The notes: generated by a model not told the origin, from the sequence alone. A stretch of DNA of 64,000 nucleotides from an uncultured Clostridia bacterium (GCA_934233745.1 CAKQGN010000005.1:37257-101256), one strand, 5' to 3'. Counted from the first letter of the stretch, positions 19,369 through 29,426 are shown. Translations and numbers: made by a program.

Positions 19369-20676
19369 TCATATCAAAAGCATGATTTCAAGCCCGCCTA
19401 TTGCGCATAGAAGGGACGGAATTCCCACAATCATGCCGCGCTTTACAAAGTCAAGAAAAGAAAATGCGACATTTTGAGTTTTTAGTATCGAACTCCACAT
19501 TATTGCCGCAAGCGCGCCTATGGGGGTGAGCAACGCTCCGAGATTCGAGCCTATTATCGAGGCGTATATTGCGCCTTCGACATTTTGCGTTGCAACGTTT
19601 TGAAGAATTTGCGAGTACAAAACAGACATAGGAATGTTGTTCATAAGATTTGCAAACAATGCGCTTGTAGTGCCGAACGTGAGGGCGCAATCGGCGCGTT
19701 GCAAAGACTTTGCAAGATACTCTGTTACGCCGCATTGGTTGAGGGAAAGCACAATGACAAACATCGACAGCAAAAACGGTACAAGTTGCCACGGAAGTCT
19801 TGAAATCGTTTTGCCGACGGGCTTCATCGATTTGCGGCGAGCAAGAGTCGCAACGGAACAAGCAACAAGCAACAAGCAGCATGCAGCCAAAGATACCGTC
19901 CACATTTCAATCCCTATGTAAGAAGATATCGCAAGCAAAATCGTAGCAATACACAATATCGTTATTCCTATGATTAAGCAGGGTTTGTTGTCTATTGCGA
20001 TTTCTTGTTCGTGCAAGTCGATAGGAGATTTAAGTTTTTTTCGGAACATCAGATACAGTATCGAAAGAGAGCAAAGTCCGGCAAAAATCGTCGGTATCGC
20101 CATCATGGCGATATACTTGCCAAAAGTTATACCCATCGACGTTGCCAGATAGATGTTTGTCGGATTTCCTATTATCAAAAACATGCTCCATGTGTTTGCC
20201 GCAACAAATTCGGTGAATATAAAAGGTACGGGGTCTATGTTGCAGTTTCGCGCAAAATAGCAGATAAAGGGTGTAAAAGTGAGGATAATCACGTCGTTTG
20301 ATGTGAAAACCGTCAATATCGACACCGTGATATACAAGAGGAAAAACAACTTTGTCTGACTTGCGCCGGCTTTTTTCATCACGGCATTTGCAAGCCATTT
20401 GAAAAAACCGATTTCGTCAAGGTAAATGCTCAGCGCGCTCATAGATAAAAACAGCACGAGAATTTTGAGGGGGTTTACTTCGTCGTTCGACGTAAAAGAT
20501 TGCCATACGGCTTTTGCGTCAACGCCGCCGCTTGCCAAAAGAATTACGGCGCATACCAAAGGAATGAGCCAGTACAAACCAAAGCCGACTTTTCCTATCC
20601 TCAATCGGAGATTGAAGAGCGTCGAAACGAGTATGCCCAACGCACAAATTATAAAGACAGAAAGTTGAAGTGCCAT
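19369..20676 (-). CDS. ArsB/NhaD-superfamily anion permease
   Basis: 435 aa, about 10-12 TM segments. Internally duplicated hydrophobic architecture with GSNLGALLTPIGALA. Confidence 0.65.
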   Translation of the reverse strand: MALQLSVFIICALGILVSTLFNLRLRIGKVGFGLYWLIPLVCAVILLASGGVDAKAVWQSFTSNDEVNPLKILVLFLSMSALSIYLDEIGFFKWLANAVMKKAGASQTKLFFLLYITVSILTVFTSNDVIILTFTPFICYFARNCNIDPVPFIFTEFVAANTWSMFLIIGNPTNIYLATSMGITFGKYIAMMAIPTIFAGLCSLSILYLMFRKKLKSPIDLHEQEIAIDNKPCLIIGITILCIATILLAISSYIGIEMWTVSLAACCLLLVACSVATLARRKSMKPVGKTISRLPWQLVPFLLSMFVIVLSLNQCGVTEYLAKSLQRADCALTFGTTSALFANLMNNIPMSVLYSQILQNVATQNVEGAIYASIIGSNLGALLTPIGALAAIMWSSILKTQNVAFSFLDFVKRGMIVGIPSLLCAIGGLEIMLLI

Positions 20677-20847
20677 ATTTCCTCTTTTGCAACGTGCATA
20701 TTATGCTCGCATAAAAAACAAAAGGCAAGTAAATCTACACTTTTTGCCACAAATGTGAATCTTCTAAAAAATTTTTGATTCCTTACAATCGGTACTATGG
20801 ACAAATCGAAACCCTTGTGATAAGATAACTATATTAAGGAGTAAATT

Positions 20848-21708
20848 ATGTTTGAAATCGTAACAGACAACACTGCCGACCTTTTTGAAGGTTATTACGA
20901 ACAAAATCCGACACGTCGCCTTCCGTTTTCATTTACGCTCGAAGATCGTTTTTATGAAAAAGACGACGAGTATCCGATCGAGCTTTTTTATGAAAAGCTG
21001 AAAGCGGGCAAACTTGTCAAGACATCGCAAATCAATCCGCACGATGCGCAAGTCATGTTCGAGCAGGTTTTGCAAGAGGGCAAAGACGTGCTTTATATCG
21101 GCTTTTCGTCGGGTATGAGCGGAAGTTTCGACAACATTTCGTATATAGCAAAAGGGTTGCGTATCAAATATCCCGATCGCAAAGTAATCGTCATCGACAC
21201 TCTTGCAGGCGCAGGCGGTGAAGGCTTGCTTGTCTACTATGCAAAAAAGATGCAGCAAGAGGGCAAGAGCATGGAAGAAATCGCCGAATGGGTTGAAACT
21301 CACAAACTCGACGCGCATCATTGTTTTATCGTAAGCGACCTTATAAATCTGCGCAACAGCGGTCGTATCTCGACTCTTGCCGCCCTTTTCGGAATGATTG
21401 TGCATATCAATCCCGTTTTGCAACTTACCACCGAGGGCAGAATCGGTATCGTGACAAAAGCAATAGGAAGGAAAAAATCCGTTTCCGAAATGGTCAAGTT
21501 TTTCAAAAACAACTATATAAAGGACGACAACGACTTTATTCTCATCGGACATACCAATTGCCCCGAGGAAGCACATGCTTTCGGAGCGCAGATAGAGCAA
21601 ATATCGGGCGGCGTTCCTGTCAAATACGGGTATATAAACCGCTTGGTATCCGGTTGCGCAGGCTACAATGCTTTGGCAGTATTCTTTATGGGCAAAACGC
21701 GTACCTGA
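20848..21708 (+). CDS. DegV family fatty-acid-binding protein
   Basis: AGGAG RBS. N-terminal IVTDNTADL; SSGMSGSF; ~286 aa is typical of DegV. Confidence 0.85.
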   Translation: MFEIVTDNTADLFEGYYEQNPTRRLPFSFTLEDRFYEKDDEYPIELFYEKLKAGKLVKTSQINPHDAQVMFEQVLQEGKDVLYIGFSSGMSGSFDNISYIAKGLRIKYPDRKVIVIDTLAGAGGEGLLVYYAKKMQQEGKSMEEIAEWVETHKLDAHHCFIVSDLINLRNSGRISTLAALFGMIVHINPVLQLTTEGRIGIVTKAIGRKKSVSEMVKFFKNNYIKDDNDFILIGHTNCPEEAHAFGAQIEQISGGVPVKYGYINRLVSGCAGYNALAVFFMGKTRT

Positions 21709-21720
21709 ATAAAACTTATA

Positions 21721-21753
21721 AAAAAACTCGCGTCGAAGAACGCGAGTTTTTTT
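21721..21753. terminator. bidirectional intrinsic terminator
   Basis: AAAAAACTCGCG..CGCGAGTTTTTTT. Confidence 0.7.
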
Positions 21754-21767
21754 ATGCTTATTAAGTT

Positions 21768-24173
21768 TCAGATACGTTTCGTAACAGAGTCTTTTTTCTC
21801 TTTGTTGCCGTTTTTGCGAGTGAGATAAATCGAGGCGAAGATCGCGCTTCCTGCAAGAGCAACGATGATAGCAAGCACTATTGCCACGATTTGAACCGTT
21901 GTCAGACCATCGATTTTGATATGCTCTTTTTCGACATAACCGACATAATCGTCAAACCTGACAAGATAAAAAGCGTCTAAAACTTCAAGCACTTCTACCT
22001 TGCTTCCGTCCACAATTTGCGTGACGAGTTGGGAATTTTTGTCGGGGGAGGCGTAGACATTGACAAGTCCGCCGATTCTGTCTGCATTTGCTTTTCCGTA
22101 AACTTTGTCTTTTTCGGGAACGATGAGGGTGTATTCTTCTATGTCGGACGATTTGACAAAATAAGTTTTTTCGCCCTTTTTAACTATTGTCCATTGCGAG
22201 TTGTCGTATCCCGCAGTATCGCTGATTCTTGTGACGATTTCGCCTTCTTTGAGCGGTGCGGAAGAAGATTCGAGATATGGCAAAGAATAAAGTATTGTGT
22301 CTTGAACCGCAACGTAATCGCCGCTTAGAAGCGTCGTTTCGACTCTGTTAAAGTCCGATTTGATAATTTTGACAAGTTTTTTGCCGACATAGGCGTAGCG
22401 ATAGTTTTCTGTTTCGTCGCCTTCGATGACAGAATCGAGAACAAGATATGTGTCGCCGGATGCAGCCGAAATATTTTCGATTCTTCCGTCGGCAGAGTAG
22501 TTGAGCGCGTCGTCGTTTGCGGTTGCGAAATAGTATGCGGAAATTGTCGGTTGGGGTTGAGCCGGCGAGAAGTTTTGTTTTGTGGTTGCATTAAGATTCA
22601 TCGATCCGACAAAACTCTCTTTGGCGGTAAAGACAAGATTTTCGCCGTCAAGACATGCGCTTGTCAAGGTTGCTTTCATTGATGCCGAAGTCGGGTAAAT
22701 GTTTTGGATATCATCGCCTGTTATCGTCGTGATTTTGCCCTCAAACACAACATAGGCTTTGCCTTGATAATCGATTGCAAGGTCGATTGCCTCTTGGAAA
22801 TCGCCGTTTGCGAGTAGGGCAAGTTTTTTGCCGTTGCGATCTATGGATATTACCGATGTGTCGGTGAGCAAATATACGTTTGCGCCGTCTTTTGCAACGG
22901 TTATGCGTTTTGCGTTTTCTACGTCGAAGATTTTTATAAGAGAGTTGCCGATTGCTGCGTATACGCCGTCTTTTGCAAGCACGTAAAGTTTGTCAAGATA
23001 AGCTATATCGGTTACGTTTTCGACGTCGTATGTTTTGGATACGGTAACGTCGTTGATTTTTGCGACTTTGTTTTGGAATGCGCAATAGATATCGCGCTCT
23101 GAATTTGCGATTGCTATCGGTGTTTCTTCAAAAACCTGCTGTGTCATCACGCCGTATTTGTCGATATGCGCTATGCGCTTGTTGCCGCTGTCTACAACGC
23201 TTATACCTTTGTCGCTCGCGCACAAGTCGGTGGGGCGGTCGAGGTGAAAAGCGTCGTTGCCCGTCATTGTTATCGACGTCGTTCGCGTCAGAGTCGATTT
23301 GTCGGCTGAAAGCGTGTAGACGACGACGCAGTTGTTTTCGATTGTGAAAAGTTTGTTGCGGTGAGCAAAGAAGTTTTCCGTTGTGATGTCCGAATCGAAA
23401 AGTTTTTCGCCGCTGTTTTTGTCGATGCCCACTATGTGGTTTTGTTGCGCTGCGACATTGCCGTCAAGCGCGTAAATTACATCTCCCACAAATGCCTTCT
23501 GAGCATAGACGGTGAGCGGTTTCGACGTGTGTTGTTTTGTCTTTAAGTCAAAAATCGTGATAAAGGGATTGCCAATGGTGTAGGTGAATCCGTAAAAGTT
23601 TTCGTTTTCGCCCGCTATGACTATATCGCTCGATATTTCATCCGAAAGGATGTTGTCTATATCAAACGCAACGTCCAATTTGCTGTCGAATACACTTATA
23701 TAGCCTGCTCTGTTGTATGCATAGAGATAGTTGCCGTCGCTTGCCAACGAAGTGATTTTTTGCGGCGAGGGCAGAGTGCGCTCGGTTGCCACCGCCGATT
23801 TGTCGGTGAGGTCGATTGTAAAATATTTGCCGCCCGCTTGCAAAAACGCAACGTCTGTGAGAATAAACAGATGCGTCACATTTTCAAAATCTACCGAATA
23901 TATATATGTATCCGACGCGTCGTTGGGGCGCACAAAAAGCGTTTTTGCGTCTTTATCGTAGATGATGAGATAGTTGTCGTTTGCACTTACAAGAGTGGGG
24001 TTTGCGGATTGAAAATAATTGCTTGTCGGGAATAATCTGACAAAATTGTCACCCTGCGCGTTTGCGATTTTCGTTTCGGCAAGTGCCGTCGCAAAGGAAA
24101 ATGCCGCTATTAAAACGGCGAGCAGAAGAATAAACGTCAATGATTTTTTTGTGATTTCAACCGACTTTTTCAT
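21768..24173 (-). CDS. large exported protein with signal peptide, repeat-rich beta region, two SH3-like modules and a C-terminal TM anchor
   Basis: N-terminus MKKSVEITKKSLTFILLLAVLIAAFSFATALA. SH3b-like segment VNVYASPDKNSQLVTQIVDGSKVEVLEVLDAFYLVRFDDYVGYVEKEHI. Terminal helix IVAIVLAIIVALAGSAIFASIYL. Confidence 0.6.
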   Translation of the reverse strand: MKKSVEITKKSLTFILLLAVLIAAFSFATALAETKIANAQGDNFVRLFPTSNYFQSANPTLVSANDNYLIIYDKDAKTLFVRPNDASDTYIYSVDFENVTHLFILTDVAFLQAGGKYFTIDLTDKSAVATERTLPSPQKITSLASDGNYLYAYNRAGYISVFDSKLDVAFDIDNILSDEISSDIVIAGENENFYGFTYTIGNPFITIFDLKTKQHTSKPLTVYAQKAFVGDVIYALDGNVAAQQNHIVGIDKNSGEKLFDSDITTENFFAHRNKLFTIENNCVVVYTLSADKSTLTRTTSITMTGNDAFHLDRPTDLCASDKGISVVDSGNKRIAHIDKYGVMTQQVFEETPIAIANSERDIYCAFQNKVAKINDVTVSKTYDVENVTDIAYLDKLYVLAKDGVYAAIGNSLIKIFDVENAKRITVAKDGANVYLLTDTSVISIDRNGKKLALLANGDFQEAIDLAIDYQGKAYVVFEGKITTITGDDIQNIYPTSASMKATLTSACLDGENLVFTAKESFVGSMNLNATTKQNFSPAQPQPTISAYYFATANDDALNYSADGRIENISAASGDTYLVLDSVIEGDETENYRYAYVGKKLVKIIKSDFNRVETTLLSGDYVAVQDTILYSLPYLESSSAPLKEGEIVTRISDTAGYDNSQWTIVKKGEKTYFVKSSDIEEYTLIVPEKDKVYGKANADRIGGLVNVYASPDKNSQLVTQIVDGSKVEVLEVLDAFYLVRFDDYVGYVEKEHIKIDGLTTVQIVAIVLAIIVALAGSAIFASIYLTRKNGNKEKKDSVTKRI

Positions 24174-24273
24174 AAATATTAGTATAATCAAATTGAAACT
24201 TTAAGTCAAGATAATAACTTTATTGCTTGAAATATTCGTGCGCGTGTGATAATATCTTCTAAAAGGTATATAT

Positions 24274-25251
24274 ATGGCAAATAAAAAACGTTATTACAAA
24301 AACCGCTCTCAGAAATCAAATCAGGAGAGCATAAATCAACAGACCGCAAGATTCTCGCAAGAGCAACTCGCTCTTTCGACCGAGGATTTGGGACTCAGCG
24401 TAGCGACGAGAGAGTTGCTCGCCAAAAACCGCATACAAACCGCCGCCGACCTCGTAAAACGCACCGAAAAGGATATGTACAAGGTGCAAGGACTGAACAA
24501 AAAAATACTTTTCGAGGTTGTCGACGCACTTAAATCGAAAGATATGTGCTTGCGCAAGGAACCGCCAAAAGTGCAGAATCCCGGCAACACGCAAGGCGGC
24601 GCTGCACAGCAAAACGCTAAAAACGAGCAATCCGTCGATGCGTCTTTTAGCGAGCAAAAGCGCAGAAACGACAAAAAAGTAAAAGTGCAAAAAGACGATA
24701 AAGCGGATGCCAAATCCTATGTCGCCGACAAAAACGTCAGAAACGAGCGTTCGTCCAAATTCGGACTTTCGGACAGAGCGACTGCAAAACCTCAAAACAA
24801 GCAAAGTCAAAATCCGAAACAAAACGAAAAAAAATCCCAAAAACAAGAAAAACTCACCGAACCCTTGAAGCCGGGGCAATGGCGCAAAGTGCTTAAAGGC
24901 GGCAAATGGGGGTATTCCGACGGATTCAAAATCGTCATACCTACCATGTATGATGAAATTTTTGCTTTCAAAGAAGGGCTTGCCAGTGTCGAACTCGATG
25001 AAAAGTGCGGATATATCGACGAAGAAAACAATGTTGTTATTCCTCTTGACTATGACACTGCCATGAGTTTTTCCGAAGGGCTTGCAATGGCATGCAAAGG
25101 CGAAAAGTGTGGCTATATAAACAAAAACAACGAGGTTGTCATCCCGTTTGAGTACGATGCGGCAACGCCGTTTGAAAACGGTGAAGCCAAAGTGAAAAAA
25201 GACGGAAAATGGGGAACTATTACCACCGACGGTAAGATAACCTGGATTTGA
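24274..25251 (+). CDS. RpoA alpha-CTD-like helix-hairpin-helix domain, K/Q-rich linker and WG (KWG) repeats
   Basis: LGLSVATRELLAKNRIQTAADLVKRTEKDMYKVQGLNKKILFEVVDALK resembles the RNAP alpha C-terminal domain. The C-terminus has repeated GKWGYSD / KCGYID / KCGYIN / GKWGTI units. Confidence 0.6.
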   Translation: MANKKRYYKNRSQKSNQESINQQTARFSQEQLALSTEDLGLSVATRELLAKNRIQTAADLVKRTEKDMYKVQGLNKKILFEVVDALKSKDMCLRKEPPKVQNPGNTQGGAAQQNAKNEQSVDASFSEQKRRNDKKVKVQKDDKADAKSYVADKNVRNERSSKFGLSDRATAKPQNKQSQNPKQNEKKSQKQEKLTEPLKPGQWRKVLKGGKWGYSDGFKIVIPTMYDEIFAFKEGLASVELDEKCGYIDEENNVVIPLDYDTAMSFSEGLAMACKGEKCGYINKNNEVVIPFEYDAATPFENGEAKVKKDGKWGTITTDGKITWI

Positions 25252-25280
25252 GTTTCCCTTTGCTCGTTGCGTTGGGGAAA

Positions 25281-27170
25281 ATGAGAAACAAATTTGACAA
25301 ATCTTTATATGCGAGGTCATCCGCATTGCGATTTTTTGCATCGGCGGTTGTCCTCGTTTTGCTTTTATGCGCAATTTTTGCGCCGAGTACGGCAAGCGCG
25401 GTTTGCCCCGACGGTTATGTAAGTCAAATCAAAGACAAGAATCTCGACTGGCAAACAAGCAAAGACAACCTGAATCTCGACTATGTCAAGTCTGCCGTTG
25501 CAGAATGGATGTCGAGTAAAGACTACAATTTTTCCGAACTCGAAAAAAATCCGTTGGTGATAGCCGTTATAGACACGGGCATAAATTTCAGCCATGAGGT
25601 TTTCACAGGGAAATACGATGAAAACGGAGTCAAAACCGACGCGCATGGAATAGGAAAATACGACGTCTTATACCGCGATAAAGACGGGCACGTCATCTCA
25701 AAAAACACTGACGATTCGTCAAAGGACGCAAGCGACGCTTCTCCCAACAGACACGGCACGCACGTTGCGGGCATCATTGCGACGCTTATACACGAGCTGA
25801 ACCTCGAAAAATATGTAAAAATCATGCCGATAAAGGCATCGAAAGGCTCAAAAAACGATTTTGAAAGCGATTCCTTGAGAGAGGCTATCGACTTTGCGCT
25901 GCAAAACGGCGCCGATGTCGTAAATATGTCAATCAGCGACAAGGGCGTTACGCCGGGAGAAACGACAGAATACGACTTGGTTTCAAACGAGGACGCACAA
26001 AAAGCCGTATTCGTTGCGGCAGCAGGCAACAATTCGCAATCGACCGCAGATAAGTTTTTGTCAAAAGGTAGGCGGTATTTTCCCGCTGCAAGCAAAAACG
26101 TTGTCGGGGTTATGAATTACGAATCGTCAAACGGCAAAAAATCGCTTGCTGCTTCTTCAAATTACGGTTCGGCATATGATATATGTGCGCCGGGTGTGTC
26201 TATTTGGAGCGCGGACGGCACGAGCAACGAAGCATACAAATCAATGAACGGTACGAGCATGGCAACGCCCGTTATATCGTTTGCATGCGCTCTTGCAATG
26301 CTGAAAGACAGAGCTTTTTGCAGCGTCGTACAGTCACAGACAAAGTCTTATTCCGAGATTGCCCAAAGCGTTAAAAACGCCTATTCTCAGACGATTAAAA
26401 AGGATAATTTTGATCTCGGGGTATTCAGTTTCGAGCAGCTTCTTTCGGGCGAAGTAAAAGTTCGCATCGTTGTAGACGGCGAGGGCGGAGAGCTTACGCA
26501 ATATATCAATTCCGTCCGACCTATCGCATTGCGACTTGAAGTTTTGCCGCCCGTTTACGATAAATCGGGCGAGATACAATGGTTTGTCGACGATCAACCG
26601 GTACAAAACGACTCCGCGGACGCGTTCGAGTTTGTGTATACTCCGCAAAATGTCGTATCGAAAACAAACATCGTTGCCAAGTGGACAAATGCCGAGTTGA
26701 ATGTGCAATTGACTGCCTCTTGCGACGTAAAAGTGGGCTACTATGAATTTTCCGAAAAAGAAACAGGTCGTATCGTTATAAACACCAAACAAAACGATAA
26801 AATCTCGGATTTCGACAGCGTGACAAACTCGATTGCGATAGATGAACGCGGCGTAGTCGAATTTTACCTTCCCGATGAGATATTTGAGAATTTAGCGCCG
26901 TCGACGTATGTAAAATGGTATGTCGACGACAAGTTTTATGCGACAGGGAAAAGTTTTGCTTTTGATTTCAAAAATGTCGGGGAGTATAAGGTAAAAGCAA
27001 AAATCGACAACTACTATACGTCCGAAACAACCGTCATCGTCAAAAAAGCGAATGAAGAGGAATCAAAAGTGGCGGAGTATGTCACGCTTGCAATTTCATG
27101 CGCTCTTTTTGCAGGTTTGATTGCGGTTGCGGCAACGATTTTGGTGCGTAAGAAAAAAGCTCTGAAATGA
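25281..27170 (+). CDS. S8 (subtilisin-family) serine peptidase, secreted, with a C-terminal membrane anchor
   Basis: Catalytic triad contexts VIDTGIN (Asp), HGTHVAGII (His) and NGTSMATPV (Ser). Signal peptide ends STASA. Terminal TM segment followed by RKKKALK. Confidence 0.85.
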   Translation: MRNKFDKSLYARSSALRFFASAVVLVLLLCAIFAPSTASAVCPDGYVSQIKDKNLDWQTSKDNLNLDYVKSAVAEWMSSKDYNFSELEKNPLVIAVIDTGINFSHEVFTGKYDENGVKTDAHGIGKYDVLYRDKDGHVISKNTDDSSKDASDASPNRHGTHVAGIIATLIHELNLEKYVKIMPIKASKGSKNDFESDSLREAIDFALQNGADVVNMSISDKGVTPGETTEYDLVSNEDAQKAVFVAAAGNNSQSTADKFLSKGRRYFPAASKNVVGVMNYESSNGKKSLAASSNYGSAYDICAPGVSIWSADGTSNEAYKSMNGTSMATPVISFACALAMLKDRAFCSVVQSQTKSYSEIAQSVKNAYSQTIKKDNFDLGVFSFEQLLSGEVKVRIVVDGEGGELTQYINSVRPIALRLEVLPPVYDKSGEIQWFVDDQPVQNDSADAFEFVYTPQNVVSKTNIVAKWTNAELNVQLTASCDVKVGYYEFSEKETGRIVINTKQNDKISDFDSVTNSIAIDERGVVEFYLPDEIFENLAPSTYVKWYVDDKFYATGKSFAFDFKNVGEYKVKAKIDNYYTSETTVIVKKANEEESKVAEYVTLAISCALFAGLIAVAATILVRKKKALK

Positions 27171-27196
27171 CCAAAAACAATATTTTCGTTCTACGA

Positions 27197-27225
27197 AAAA
27201 AAGACTGTTTTCAAACAGTCTTTTA
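27197..27225. terminator. bidirectional intrinsic terminator
   Basis: AAAAAAGACTGT..ACAGTCTTTT. Confidence 0.6.
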
Positions 27226-27247
27226 GAATTTGACGATAAATTGTTGC

Positions 27248-27520
27248 TTACTTGTTTGCTTTAAGGGTGTCCAAAGCGCGGCAGAGAGTGGATTTCTTTC
27301 TTGCAACCGTGTTCTTCTTGTAGATACCGTCTTTGAATGCGCAATCGATGACGGAAACGGTTTCGGGAAGGAGTTGTTCTGCAAGAGCAACGTCGCCTGC
27401 TTCGATAGCTGCGTTGTATTTTTTGATTGCGGTTTTAACGCGCGCTTTCTTTGCGGTGTTGATTTCGTTTCTCTTATCCGAAGTGATAACTCTCTTTTTT
27501 GCTGACTTAATATTTGGCAT
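27248..27520 (-). CDS. rpsT: 30S ribosomal protein S20
   Basis: MPNIKSAKKRV N-terminus; 90 aa, basic. Confidence 0.95.
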   Translation of the reverse strand: MPNIKSAKKRVITSDKRNEINTAKKARVKTAIKKYNAAIEAGDVALAEQLLPETVSVIDCAFKDGIYKKNTVARKKSTLCRALDTLKANK

Positions 27521-27562
27521 ATTTTTCTCCTCGTACTTTTGTACTGACTAAATATCTTTGAC

Positions 27563-27591
27563 ATATTAGCATATTAAGAAGAAACTTGCAA
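27563..27591 (-). promoter_or_regulatory. sigma-A-type promoter for rpsT
   Basis: On the minus strand: TTGCAA, 17 nt, TAATAT. Confidence 0.5.
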
Positions 27592-27632
27592 CCGTTTTGA
27601 ATGGATTTTTTGCGAATATACACAATATTGTT

Positions 27633-28505
27633 ATGGATATTTCAAAAAACTACCGTTTTGTCACTGATATGGCAATCGAAAGCGCAGATGCGCTCGGACT
27701 TGACAAAAACATCGATTGCGTGCAACTTTTGTATGATATTCAAAAACGCACTCTGAGAGTCAAAACCGAAAACGATTCGAAACGTATAGGCAGAGAAAGG
27801 GGCGTTTATATCACTTTTGACTGCACAAAGTATGTTTTTTCAAACGCAACCGCCGCTAAATATCTTACTCGACAGATTGCGCAATCTCTTGCAGAACTTG
27901 TCGGTATGTTGAAAAAAACATCGCCCGTTCTCGTTGTCGGGCTTGGAAATCGGCACATCGTTGCGGATTCGCTCGGTCAAAGAAGCGTCGAAAAAATAAA
28001 AGTCACAAGATACGTCCATGCGGGATTGCAAAAACAAAGCGTATGCGCGTTTTCGACCGGCGTTCTCGGTATGACGGGAATACAATCGTCAGAGCTTGTT
28101 GCGGGAGCGGTGGGGAAAATCAAACCCTCTTGCGTGATATTGATAGATTCGCTTGCGACGGGGGCAGTTTCGCGACTTGGCAAATCCTTTCAGATTTCGA
28201 GTTGCGGAATATCGCCGGGAAGCGGTGTGGGACAAGACAAAGAGAGAATTGACAAATCGCTTTTATCGGTTCCGACATTTTCGATAGGTGTGCCGTTGTT
28301 GCTTTCTTTACGCACGGGAATCTATGCGTTTGTAAAGGAGTTTGCAAAAGACGAAAATATGCAAATAAACGAATACGGTTTGCGCCAAAAACTTGCTGAT
28401 AGTCTGCTTTCTGATTTGATTGTCGCACCGAGAGATATCGACCTTGCGGTGAATGTGGCGTCAAATATAGTTTCGGGTGCTATAAACGATGCGTTTAAGC
28501 TGTAA
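27633..28505 (+). CDS. gpr: GPR spore germination endopeptidase
   Basis: TDMAIES near the N-terminus and VVGLGNRHIVADSLG match the GPR family. Adjacency to rpsT matches Bacillus. The start may be TTG 27597 rather than ATG 27633. Confidence 0.8.
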   Translation: MDISKNYRFVTDMAIESADALGLDKNIDCVQLLYDIQKRTLRVKTENDSKRIGRERGVYITFDCTKYVFSNATAAKYLTRQIAQSLAELVGMLKKTSPVLVVGLGNRHIVADSLGQRSVEKIKVTRYVHAGLQKQSVCAFSTGVLGMTGIQSSELVAGAVGKIKPSCVILIDSLATGAVSRLGKSFQISSCGISPGSGVGQDKERIDKSLLSVPTFSIGVPLLLSLRTGIYAFVKEFAKDENMQINEYGLRQKLADSLLSDLIVAPRDIDLAVNVASNIVSGAINDAFKL

Positions 28506-28533
28506 AACGGCATTCTAATGCGGTTTTTTATTT

Positions 28534-29223
28534 TCAAACGCGAAGCAAAGAAAGTATTTTTTTATATTTGTTTTCTTCGTTTCCGCCCGTAAACTTAAAC
28601 GTAACGTTGCTTTTTGCCGCCGTCGGAGCAACAAATTTTTCAAGTTCGCCAACAAGGCAATCGTTGCCATCGCAAAAGTCGACGTCACCCAGAATCGTCG
28701 AAATTTCTTTTTTGCAATACGGGTAGTGGGAGCAACCCAGTATTACTTTTTTGACTCCTTTGAATTTGAATAGTTTGCAAGCCAAATACGGAAGCAATGC
28801 GTTCATACTCAAAGAATCCTTTTTGCAGTTTATAGACGCCTGGACTTCTATCATGGAAGCAAGATCTCTCGTGTCTGCCGTTTCGATTTTGCCTGTGTCG
28901 GTATGCTCGAGTGTAAACTCGGTTGCAAGCAACAAACAATATGCAGTGTCGTGCGGAATTTTTGGCAGCAGCTTAAACACGTCTTTTTCTTTGTACACAG
29001 TTGAGGCGGTGTTGCACGCCAAAACCACATAGTCGGAGTTGTTTTTTAGTTTGCAAACGCCATCGTAGACAATGTTTTCAAGCTGTTTTTCGTCTTTGTT
29101 CCCAAACGGATGAGAGGCGTTGTCTGCAAGGTAATAAAAATCGTTGCCCGCAAATTTTTCAAGCAGAATTTTGAGGGTAGTAAGTCCGCCTATGCCGCTG
29201 TCATACACTCCGATTGTTGCCAT
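28534..29223 (-). CDS. murI: glutamate racemase
   Basis: GVYDSGIGGLT, LACNTAS and GCSHYP. The ORF-track N-terminal extension was discarded in favour of the Met preceding ATIGVYDSG. Confidence 0.9.
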   Translation of the reverse strand: MATIGVYDSGIGGLTTLKILLEKFAGNDFYYLADNASHPFGNKDEKQLENIVYDGVCKLKNNSDYVVLACNTASTVYKEKDVFKLLPKIPHDTAYCLLLATEFTLEHTDTGKIETADTRDLASMIEVQASINCKKDSLSMNALLPYLACKLFKFKGVKKVILGCSHYPYCKKEISTILGDVDFCDGNDCLVGELEKFVAPTAAKSNVTFKFTGGNEENKYKKILSLLRV

Positions 29224-29426
29224 ACCGATTATATATGACAAAACGCCGATTTTTGTTCTTTTATAAAGATAAATGCTTTTTCTCAATTGAGCAAATCGGC
29301 AATCTAAACGGGTTAATTTGAGGCGATAGCAAACGACGACTTTTAACATCAAAAAATTTTTCCGTATTCTAATCGACTTTATCGTCCAATATGGTTTTTA
29401 TTGCGCTATCTGGGGAAAAAATTTAG

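Noticed and set aside
24316-25395. 359-aa minus-strand ORF antisense to the alpha-CTD/WG gene
   Set aside because: Low-complexity F/L/R-rich translation with no motif. It fully overlaps a + strand ORF that has recognisable domains. Typical shadow ORF.
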